Shown: positions 42,578-50,391 of the stretch, piece by piece
Layout: the number at the start of each line of letters is the position of its first letter
Numbering within the stretch: the stretch's first letter is position 1
Source of the DNA: Bacteroidales bacterium
GTDB taxonomy: Bacteria > Bacteroidota > Bacteroidia > Bacteroidales > P3
Length of the DNA stretch: 64,000 bases
Reading direction: 5' to 3'
Assembly: GCA_017446745.1 (NCBI GenBank)
Contig: JAFSQF010000067.1
Location: 15,010-79,009, forward strand
Translations under genes and position numbers: made by a program
The notes under the pieces: generated by a model
What the model was told of the DNA's origin: nothing
The model's database searches: none
Seen by the model: only the letters and a program-made list of their open reading frames with translations

Positions 42578-42826
42578 ATGATTATCCGCAAAAGGCCCAA
42601 ATTTGAGATCGCGTCTCTTATTCGCTGTATTTGATTTTATTCAGCGGTGCTCATCACCCTTTCAGGGGTCGAGACGCGGGGACTGGCTTGATTTACAGAT
42701 CCCCAGACTGCACCCTGTTTGTCTGGGGTTATTAAGATAATATGCCACGCGCAGAGCTTCTTTGCGCACTCCACTGGAGTTTGCACCCATCTCCGAGGCT
42801 TCTTTGTGGAAAATGCGGATAATCAT
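42578..42826. mobile_element. MITE-like non-autonomous element (13-bp TIRs, 8-bp direct duplication)
   Basis: ATGATTATCCGCA at 42578-42590 and its exact complement TGCGGATAATCAT at 42814-42826. ATTGTTAA lies immediately outside both ends (42570-42577, 42827-42834). No credible ORF inside. Confidence 0.55.
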
Positions 42827-42853
42827 ATTGTTAAAAGTAAAATAAACGTATTT

Positions 42854-43690
42854 ATGTATCATTATTATGTTGTTGATGCCTTTACGGAACGTGCTTTCGG
42901 AGGCAATACGGCAGGGGTAGTACTGCTGGAAGAGAAAGAATTCCCATATGAGACCTGGATGCTGAAGGTGGCAGACGAACTGAGGTATTCGGAGACGGCT
43001 TTCGTGCGGCGGCAGGATGACGGAGTGTGGCACCTGCGCTATTTCACGCCCCGCGCCGAAGTGGAGCTCTGCGGTCATGCTACCATAGCCACTTTTGCAC
43101 TGTTGCATTCCTTGGGTCTGGCTTCGGGGCCATGCCGCGCCCTTACGCTGGCAGGCGAGCTGGAGGTGATAGCAGCACCCAAGGTGATGATGCAGATGGC
43201 AAAGCCTCGGATCATAAGTACCATAGAGGCGACGGCAAGCGTCTATGATGCCGTCGGCATACACGGATATGAACCGGAGCTGCCTGTGCAGGTGGTAAGC
43301 ACCGGCCTGCCCGATATCATGCTGCCGGTGCCATCGGTGGAGGTGTTAAATACCCTCCAACCCAATATGGAGGCTATAGCAGCCTTGACGGCTCATTATG
43401 AAGCTATAAGCATCCATCCTTTTGCTTTGTCGGACGACGGATATACGGCTCATGTGCGCGACTTCGCCCCGAGGTGCGGCGTGCCGGAAGAGAGCGCCAC
43501 GGGGACAGCCAATGCTGCCCTTACCCATTTCCTCGCCGCTCATGCCGTTATAGCGGAGGGGGAGCACAGTTTCCTGCAAGGCGAAGCCATGGGGCGGCCC
43601 TCCACAGTGGCCACACGCCTTGATGCCGACGGCACGGTATGGGTGGGGGGCTCCGCAGCCATCGTGGCAGAAGGGGCATTGTTGGCATAG
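42854..43690 (+). CDS. PhzF family isomerase
   Basis: Start set at MYHYYVVDAFTERAFGGNTAGVVL. Also ELCGHATIA and ESATGTANAAL active-site contexts. Confidence 0.88.
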   Translation: MYHYYVVDAFTERAFGGNTAGVVLLEEKEFPYETWMLKVADELRYSETAFVRRQDDGVWHLRYFTPRAEVELCGHATIATFALLHSLGLASGPCRALTLAGELEVIAAPKVMMQMAKPRIISTIEATASVYDAVGIHGYEPELPVQVVSTGLPDIMLPVPSVEVLNTLQPNMEAIAALTAHYEAISIHPFALSDDGYTAHVRDFAPRCGVPEESATGTANAALTHFLAAHAVIAEGEHSFLQGEAMGRPSTVATRLDADGTVWVGGSAAIVAEGALLA

Positions 43691-43703
43691 ACAATGGCTT
43701 GGC

Positions 43704-43735
43704 GGGTTGCAACAGTGTTGCAACATACGGAACGG
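43704..43735 (+). repeat. GTTGCAAC-type REP hairpin, upstream copy
   Basis: GGGTTGCAAC-AGT-GTTGCAAC-ATACGGAACGG. Confidence 0.85.
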
Positions 43736-43909
43736 AGGAAACAGCAAAAAAACAGAGCAAAAAAAACAGAGCAAAAAAAGCAAAAAAAAACAAAAACAGC
43801 AAAAAAACAGAGCAAACAGCAAAAAAAAGCTTAAAAAAAATCAAAAAGCTTAAAAAAAAATCAAAAAGCTTAAAAAAAATCAAAAAAAACTTAAAAAAAC
43901 AGCAGAAAG
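43736..43909 (+). repeat. A-rich low-complexity tract with internal 19-20-bp units
   Basis: Almost no T or G-runs on the + strand. AAAAAAACAGAGC occurs 3 times, and GCTTAAAAAAAATCAAAAA twice plus a degenerate third. Confidence 0.85.
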
Positions 43910-44959
43910 ATGGATTTGGAAACCTTCAAACGGCAAGAGGCCTTTGCCGGAGAGCTAAAGCCTTCAATGAAGCGCCGATGCGTGGCCCACGACTACAGCC
44001 AGCGAGGGATGTATATGGTGACGCTTGCCACAGAAGGGCGAAAGAAACTGTTTGGAATACTGACAGGGCGCAGCGAAGGCGTTCCCGGAGCTCCTGATGC
44101 ACCAGGGATAGCATTGACGGAACTGGGGAAAGAGGTGGAACGCTGTTGGAATGCAATACCTCATTACTATCCGGAGGTTAAGGTGATAGCACTTCAGATA
44201 ATGCCCGACCACATTCATGGCATAATTTTCGTAACACGCCGGATGGAGGGGAAAGACCTCGGGGATGTGATAAAAGGGTTTAAGGTGGGTTGCAACAAAG
44301 CCATGCGCAGGCTGGAGGGCGATGAATATGAGGTTGCATCAATGATGCAACATACGGAACGGCAAAAACATACGGGGCATGAGAGAGGGCTTGTTTTTGA
44401 GAGGGGCTACAACGATAGGCTCCTGCTTAGAGAGGGACAGCTGCAGCGATGGAAAGATTATCTGGCGGACAATCCACGCCGATTGTTGGCTAAACAAGAG
44501 CATCCGGATCTTTTCCGTGTGATTTTTGGCATTCACGTTGCCGAACAAAGTTTTGCGGCGATAGGGAACCGTTTTTTGCTCGACAGGCCCTATAAGCTGC
44601 AGGTGCAATGTTCGCGCAGCTTGACAGTTGCGGAAGTGGAACAAGAGAAGGAACGTTACCTGGCAGAGGCTCGGCAGGGGGCCGTGCTGGTGTCTCCGGC
44701 CATAAGTGAGGGGGAGAAAGCGGTGATGCGTGCGGCCCTCGAAGCCAGGATGCCATTGATATTCCTCTCGCCCAACAGCTTCACGCCATTCACAAAACCC
44801 GGAGGGGAGTACATAGAAGCCTGCTCACGAGGAGATTTTCTGATTCTTGCGCCATGGCCGGAGAGGAGGAACACGAAGGCCATAACGAGAGAAGAATGCC
44901 TGATGCTGAATAGGATGGCGAAGGAGATATGTGGTTGCAACGGTGTTGCAACATACTGA
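43910..44959 (+). CDS. REP-associated tyrosine transposase (RAYT)-like HUH/Y1 protein with about 150-aa C-terminal extension
   Basis: HDYSQRGMYMVTLAT..KLFG, HUH motif MPDHIHGIIF and Tyr motif WKDYLADNPRR, in canonical order. Flanked by cognate-looking hairpins. Confidence 0.75.
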   Translation: MDLETFKRQEAFAGELKPSMKRRCVAHDYSQRGMYMVTLATEGRKKLFGILTGRSEGVPGAPDAPGIALTELGKEVERCWNAIPHYYPEVKVIALQIMPDHIHGIIFVTRRMEGKDLGDVIKGFKVGCNKAMRRLEGDEYEVASMMQHTERQKHTGHERGLVFERGYNDRLLLREGQLQRWKDYLADNPRRLLAKQEHPDLFRVIFGIHVAEQSFAAIGNRFLLDRPYKLQVQCSRSLTVAEVEQEKERYLAEARQGAVLVSPAISEGEKAVMRAALEARMPLIFLSPNSFTPFTKPGGEYIEACSRGDFLILAPWPERRNTKAITREECLMLNRMAKEICGCNGVATY

Positions 44960-45032
44960 ACGGGGAGGGTTGCAACGGTGTTGCAACATACTGAACGAGG
45001 AGGGTTGCAACGGTGTTGCAACATACTGAACG
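44933..45032 (+). repeat. three head-to-tail GTTGCAAC-type REP hairpins, 35-bp period
   Basis: GGTTGCAAC-GGT-GTTGCAAC-ATACTGAACG at 44933, 44967 and 45002. The first copy contains the last 8 codons and the TGA of the RAYT-like ORF. Confidence 0.9.
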
Positions 45033-45325
45033 AAAAAGAGGGGCGGCGAAACAATAAAAAAAACAGAAGGACGTTAAATAGAAAAAAAACTAAAAAAGAG
45101 AAATAACGCAGGGAGGGGGGGGCACAGGAAAAAGAGAGAAAACGCAGGAAAAAGAAAAAAATGCTGGAAGAGAAAATAGACGCAGGAAAGAAAAAAAAAC
45201 ACTGAAAAAGAGAAAAAAAAACACAGAGAAGAGGGAAAAACGCTGAGAGAAAAAACACAGAAAAACAAACAGAAAAAAAACAGAGAAAACAAACAGTGAA
45301 AACAAAACAGAAAAAAGATAAAGAA
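45033..45325 (+). repeat. purine-rich (A/G) low-complexity tract
   Basis: 293 bp of AAAAAGAGA / AACGCAGGAAA / AAACACAGA-type words, with almost no T on the + strand. Ends at the LolA-like start codon. Confidence 0.85.
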
Positions 45326-45982
45326 ATGAAGAGAATTTTTGTGATGCTTATGATGCTTGTGGCGGGGATGACAACGGCTATGGCTCAGATAACGCATACC
45401 GCCAAAGGGCATGTGGACCAGAATGCCGAAAGGATATTGAAGAAAGCAGAGCAAGCCATAGCTTCGGATGCAGTATCGTTCACTGTGACAATGGTCAGCA
45501 AGGATGCCAATAAAAAAGAGACGGCACGTATGAAGGCTGATGTGCTTTATAAAAAAGGCAAATATAGGGTGAGTTTTGAAGGAAATATCATCTATTGTGA
45601 CGGAGAGGCGACGTGGCATTGGAATAAGGAGAACGATGAGGTGGTGGTCAACAAGATGAGTGATGGTGCCGACGACCTCATGAATCCGGCCTCTATATTG
45701 GCTAATTATAGCAAGAATTTCAATGCCAAATATATACGTCAGGAGGAGAATGGCACAGCTGTGATAGACCTTACGCCCAAGAAGACAAAGAGCTACTACA
45801 AAATCAGGCTTTTCGTCAATGCCAACAACGGGCAGCTACAGCGTATGGAGATGCACAACTACGATTCGACCAGTGGAGAATATCAGATTAGCAACTACAA
45901 GAAAGGCATGAAAACGGCTGATAGCGACTTCATGTTCCCCAAGGCGCAGAATCCCAAAGTGGAGATAATAGATATGAGATGA
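45326..45982 (+). CDS. LolA-like outer-membrane lipoprotein carrier family protein
   Basis: Signal peptide MKRIFVMLMMLVAGMTTAMAQ, with a half-barrel pattern (FTVTMVS...YKKGKYRVSF...VIDLTPKK...KIRLFVN). Confidence 0.7.
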   Translation: MKRIFVMLMMLVAGMTTAMAQITHTAKGHVDQNAERILKKAEQAIASDAVSFTVTMVSKDANKKETARMKADVLYKKGKYRVSFEGNIIYCDGEATWHWNKENDEVVVNKMSDGADDLMNPASILANYSKNFNAKYIRQEENGTAVIDLTPKKTKSYYKIRLFVNANNGQLQRMEMHNYDSTSGEYQISNYKKGMKTADSDFMFPKAQNPKVEIIDMR

Positions 45983-45983
45983 T

Positions 45984-46844
45984 ATGAGACGAAGACTGCC
46001 CATACTTTTTATGGCCTGTTTGATGTTAATGGCCTGTCCACACTATGATAAAGAGGAGGATATTGTTTCGGAGTATCATTGTTATTATGAGGACCCTTTT
46101 TTGGACAATAGCGATACAACAGGCATATATATAAGTGTAACAATAGATTTACCAGTATGCAACAGCAACGACACAACGGTGCTGATGCGGAGGGACGAGA
46201 TATCCACGGTGTTAATCAGGCGATTTTTCGATGCCGACTATCAGTCCGGAGACGATATAGAAGAAATAGTGACCAGATATGGGAAGCAGGCGCGGAAGAG
46301 ATACGACGAGTATGCTGCCGCACATCCTGACGAACCCGGGACGAAGCGTTGGGAGTATGTGAAAGGGCTTAGCATTGAATATTTAGGATCGTATGATGAG
46401 GTCTACAGTTTCTCGTATGTCCATACCGACAACCGAGGTGGGATGTTTGAGGCAGACGACGTTACCTTCATGGTGTATGATGCCGATAACGGGAAGGAAA
46501 TAAAGGAGAAAGACATATTCGTTGACTACGAGAACATCACAAAGCGAAAGCTCACAGAGCTGATGAGAGAGAGCCTGGAAAAGACCATCCGTCAGACTTC
46601 ATACCTAAGCATTAATGATTATTATATTGACCGACTAAGCCCCAATGGCAATTTCCATATAACCGACGAAGGGATTGAGTATTATTATCGAGCCGGTGAG
46701 ATAGCGCCACGAATCATGGGGCCACAATGGATAGCCATAGACAGCAGAGACATCAAAGATATTTTAGATCCCGAATCAAGTGTCTATCAATACTTTTTTG
46801 ACGACAGGCCAAAAGCGGGTGGAGAAGAAGAAACAGAACAATAA
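45984..46844 (+). CDS. lipoprotein, possibly DUF3298/DUF4163-like
   Basis: Lipobox LMLMAC. C-terminal GIEYYYRAGEIAPRIMGPQWIAIDSRDIKDIL resembles the DUF3298 motif from memory. Confidence 0.5.
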   Translation: MRRRLPILFMACLMLMACPHYDKEEDIVSEYHCYYEDPFLDNSDTTGIYISVTIDLPVCNSNDTTVLMRRDEISTVLIRRFFDADYQSGDDIEEIVTRYGKQARKRYDEYAAAHPDEPGTKRWEYVKGLSIEYLGSYDEVYSFSYVHTDNRGGMFEADDVTFMVYDADNGKEIKEKDIFVDYENITKRKLTELMRESLEKTIRQTSYLSINDYYIDRLSPNGNFHITDEGIEYYYRAGEIAPRIMGPQWIAIDSRDIKDILDPESSVYQYFFDDRPKAGGEEETEQ

Positions 46845-47542
46845 TGAGCAACATATTACTATTAGAAACAGCCACGCAGGTGTGCAGCGTGGCGTTGGTG
46901 CGCGACGGGGAGAAATTGGCGGAGCGCAATAGCGACGAGCCGAATGCCCATTCTTCGCGTCTTGCAGTGTATATCAATGAGATATTCGAAGAGGTTGGTG
47001 GCAAGGCAGGGATGCTGGATGCCGTATGCGTGTCGTCGGGTCCAGGGTCGTACACTGGACTTCGCATTGGGGTGAGCAGTGCCAAGGGGCTGAGCTATGC
47101 CCTAGGCATACCGTTGTTGGCGGTGCCCACCTTAGAGAGCATGGCGATGCACTACTATGCGCAGCATCCGGGCTATCGAGGAATGGTGTGCCCGATGATA
47201 GACGCACGACGCATGGAGTGCTATACAGCATTTTACAGTCAAGAAAAGGAACTCCGAGAAACGCGAGCCGAAGTGATAGAACAAGGATGTTATGACGAGT
47301 GGCTTGACAAGGGGCCGGTGGCATTCATCGGCAATGGAGCCGAGAAGACCCGCCCGATGCTTTCGATGCATCCCAATGCGGTGTACGACAGTGAGTTTGT
47401 TGTTTCTGCCATGGGGATGGCGGCGATAGCAGAGCGTAAATTGCGATCGGGAGAGCATGAAGATGTGGCCTATTTTGAACCTTTTTACCTAAAAGACTTC
47501 GTGGCGAAGAAGTCGGTAGTACATGGATTGCGAGGGAACTGA
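46844..47542 (+). CDS. tsaB: tRNA t6A37 biosynthesis protein TsaB
   Basis: ILLLETATQVCSVAL...VCVSSGPGSYTGLRIGVSSAKGL. Confidence 0.9.
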   Translation: MSNILLLETATQVCSVALVRDGEKLAERNSDEPNAHSSRLAVYINEIFEEVGGKAGMLDAVCVSSGPGSYTGLRIGVSSAKGLSYALGIPLLAVPTLESMAMHYYAQHPGYRGMVCPMIDARRMECYTAFYSQEKELRETRAEVIEQGCYDEWLDKGPVAFIGNGAEKTRPMLSMHPNAVYDSEFVVSAMGMAAIAERKLRSGEHEDVAYFEPFYLKDFVAKKSVVHGLRGN

Positions 47543-47578
47543 CGAAAAGAAACAGACTAACAATCAACGATATAAACG

Positions 47579-48658
47579 ATGGTTCGATATATAGGGAAGC
47601 GGATGCTGTATGGCCTGCTGGTCGTATTCGGGGTAGTGACGTTGGTGTTTTTCCTTTTCAATGTGCTGCCTGGCGACCCGGCGCGCATGATGCTCGGCCA
47701 GCGTGCCGATGCTGAGAGCATAGAAATGATAAACCGTGATTTGGGGCGCGACAAGCCATTGGGCCTACAGTATCTCTCATATCTCAACGACCTATCCCCC
47801 CTTTCGCTACACAACAATACAGACCCTACGAGCCACTGGTATCTGGCAACAGAGAAATACGCACCCTACGCCACATTGTTTTCCATAGGCAGCACGACGC
47901 TCGTGGTGAAAGCGCCCTATTTGCGCCGCTCGTATCAGTCGAAGCGCAAGGTGACAGAAATCATAGCCACCGCATTCCCACAGACAGCGGTATTGGCATT
48001 GACGGCCATGACCTTTGCTTTAGTGGTAGGCATACTTTTAGGCATCCTGTCGGCCTTGAAGCAAGGCTCATGGATAGACCGGTTGACGTTGTTCCTTTCC
48101 ACCATAGGCATGTCGCTGCCATCCTTTTTTGCAGCAATACTTATAGCCTGGTTTTTCGCTTATGTGCTGGCCGACTGGACGCACCTTAACATGTTTGGCA
48201 ATCTGATTAGTGTTGACGACTATGGCAGCGGAGAATACATAGACCTAAAAAACCTGATATTGCCGGCATTGACATTGGGTATACGACCGCTTTCCGTACT
48301 TGTGCAGCTCACAAAGAGCTCGATGCTTGAAGCCCTGTCGCAGGACTATATTCGCACGGCCCGCGCCAAGGGAATGAAGCGAGGCAGGATCATATTCCGT
48401 CATGCCTTGCGCAATGCCATGAATCCCATAGTGACCTCAGCCTCGGGATGGTTGGCCGGACTGCTGGCCGGAGCAGTGTTTGTGGAGTACGTGTTCGACT
48501 GGAAAGGCATGGGCGTAGTGATAGTCGACGGTTTGGAGAAATACGACTTTCCTGTGGTTATGGGCGCAATACTCTTCGTTTGTTTATTGCTGGTAATCAT
48601 CAATATCCTCGTCGACATAATCTATGGTTTCCTCGACCCGAGAGTGCGTTTGAAATAA
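47579..48658 (+). CDS. ABC transporter permease (OppB/DppB-type)
   Basis: N-terminal RYIGKRMLYGLLVVFGVVTLVFFLF..LPGDPA and an EAA-loop region (EALSQDYIRTARAKGM). Confidence 0.88.
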   Translation: MVRYIGKRMLYGLLVVFGVVTLVFFLFNVLPGDPARMMLGQRADAESIEMINRDLGRDKPLGLQYLSYLNDLSPLSLHNNTDPTSHWYLATEKYAPYATLFSIGSTTLVVKAPYLRRSYQSKRKVTEIIATAFPQTAVLALTAMTFALVVGILLGILSALKQGSWIDRLTLFLSTIGMSLPSFFAAILIAWFFAYVLADWTHLNMFGNLISVDDYGSGEYIDLKNLILPALTLGIRPLSVLVQLTKSSMLEALSQDYIRTARAKGMKRGRIIFRHALRNAMNPIVTSASGWLAGLLAGAVFVEYVFDWKGMGVVIVDGLEKYDFPVVMGAILFVCLLLVIINILVDIIYGFLDPRVRLK

Positions 48659-48694
48659 AAAAGAGACATAACGTGTTAATTCCCGAAAAATCAT

Positions 48695-48702
48695 TATTTT
48701 TG
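48695..48702 (+). promoter_or_regulatory. candidate -7 box (TATTTTTG) for the DHH phosphoesterase gene
   Basis: Exact match 25 nt upstream of the ATG at 48727. Confidence 0.4.
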
Positions 48703-48726
48703 CAAAATGCTTTTTAAGTAGACGGT

Positions 48727-49788
48727 ATGCCTTTAACATTTGACAACGAAACTGTTGAGCGTTTTGCCAAGCATTTGGGCAAAGCCAAAAATATAGCATT
48801 GATAGCTCACAAGAACCCAGATGGCGATGCCGTGGGTTCGATGTTGGGTTTCTATCATTGGCTTTACGAGTCCTTTTTTGTAGGAGAAGAGGAGCCGCGG
48901 ATAACCATGGTCCTCCCCCACCCCATTCCGGAGGATGCCTCATATCTGCCCGATAGCGACAAGATTATCAACGCTGTAGCAGAGCCAGCCCGATGCAAAA
49001 AGGCGTTGCTCGATGCCGATTTGATAATGGGAGTAGACTTCAACAATGCCAGCAGGGTGGAGCCCCTGGATGAAGCCCTTGAGCAAAGCCAAGCTGTCAA
49101 ACTTCTATGCGACCATCATCATAATCCCGACCGAGAGTTGTTCGATGAAGTGATATCCGTAGCGGACCTTTCGTCGACCTGTGAGCTGATTTTTTGGCTT
49201 TTTGTGCAGATAATAGGAGAAAGCTCCATAACGCTCAACACGGCGCGGTGTCTCTATCACGGCATAAATACCGACACGGGCTGTTTTTCGTATTCCAATG
49301 AAGACCCCAGCCTTTACGAGGCAGTAGCCGTGATGATGCGTCATCCCCTGCATGCCGCCGAGGTACACAACAGGCTTTTCAACAACTACAGTTGTAGGAA
49401 GATGAATATACTTCGTTTTCTTTTGGGCCAGAGGATGAAGATATTTGCCGACGAGGGCTTTGCATATCTCTATATCAATGCAGCCGACCTTGCCAAGTTG
49501 GAGGGAACGGCAGAGGATTTGGAGGGGCTGGTGAATTACAGTCTGATGATGAGGGATGTTGATGTCGGGGTCATGGTGAAAGAGACCGACGGGCAGGTAC
49601 GGATGTCGTTCCGTTCCAAGAGCGACTTCGACGTAAACCGTTTTGCCAACAAATATTTCGGAGGAGGGGGCCACACCAAAGCCAGCGGAGCCACATCGCA
49701 ATACGACTTCGACACCACGCTGAAAATATTGGAAGAAAGGATGTTGGAAGAACTTCGGGAGAATAGAGAGAAGAAATTAGAGGAATAA
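48727..49788 (+). CDS. nrnA: DHH/DHHA1 family phosphoesterase (NrnA-like)
   Basis: IAHKNPDGDAVGS, DHHHNP and GGGHTKASGA motifs. Confidence 0.85.
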   Translation: MPLTFDNETVERFAKHLGKAKNIALIAHKNPDGDAVGSMLGFYHWLYESFFVGEEEPRITMVLPHPIPEDASYLPDSDKIINAVAEPARCKKALLDADLIMGVDFNNASRVEPLDEALEQSQAVKLLCDHHHNPDRELFDEVISVADLSSTCELIFWLFVQIIGESSITLNTARCLYHGINTDTGCFSYSNEDPSLYEAVAVMMRHPLHAAEVHNRLFNNYSCRKMNILRFLLGQRMKIFADEGFAYLYINAADLAKLEGTAEDLEGLVNYSLMMRDVDVGVMVKETDGQVRMSFRSKSDFDVNRFANKYFGGGGHTKASGATSQYDFDTTLKILEERMLEELRENREKKLEE

Positions 49789-49790
49789 AA

Positions 49791-50300
49791 ATGTTTATGA
49801 AGCGATTATATTGGTTGTTGTCAGTGATGTTCCTGGCGGGTTGCCATGGCGATCCGCCAATGGTAGGCCGTCCCGTTACACAAGGGCCGGATATAAAGGA
49901 GCACATGATTAACGCCAATCGCACTATAGCGCAATCGGAGGAGACAGTCATAGATGAGTATATAGCGCGGCGAGGGTGGCCGATGGAGAAGAAGGGCGAC
50001 GGCGTAAGGCTGTGGGTCTACCATGAAGGCAAAGGCCACACGATAGAGATGGAAGACACGGTGGAAGTGCGCTACAATATCGAAGCCATAAACGGGAAAA
50101 AGATATATGACTATGCAGAAGAGAGTTATGTGGCCGGTCATCGTCGTGACATTATAGGGCTTGACATGGCAGTGATGGGATTGCCACGAGGCAGCAAAGC
50201 GAAAGTGATAGTGCCATCGAACCTGGGCTACGGAATAGGAGGCGACGGCAACCGCATACCACAGAGTGCCATACTCGTAATGGATATAGAAGTGCGCTAA
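49791..50300 (+). CDS. FKBP-type peptidyl-prolyl isomerase lipoprotein
   Basis: Lipobox LAGC. C-terminal FKBP core (VEVRYNIEAINGKKIYD...GLPRGSKAKVIVPSNLGYG). Confidence 0.85.
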   Translation: MFMKRLYWLLSVMFLAGCHGDPPMVGRPVTQGPDIKEHMINANRTIAQSEETVIDEYIARRGWPMEKKGDGVRLWVYHEGKGHTIEMEDTVEVRYNIEAINGKKIYDYAEESYVAGHRRDIIGLDMAVMGLPRGSKAKVIVPSNLGYGIGGDGNRIPQSAILVMDIEVR

Positions 50301-50391
50301 ATGGAGACACCACGGTTTAACAATGAAGTTATATAGCTTTATTATAAATAAATAAAAGCAAATATTTAAAGTAAAACATCAAATAAAAATC

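Noticed and set aside
43346-45619. Several minus-strand ORFs with poly-Phe/Leu/Cys products
   Set aside because: These are read-through of the A-rich and purine-rich tracts and REP hairpins. The low-complexity peptides are not credible proteins.
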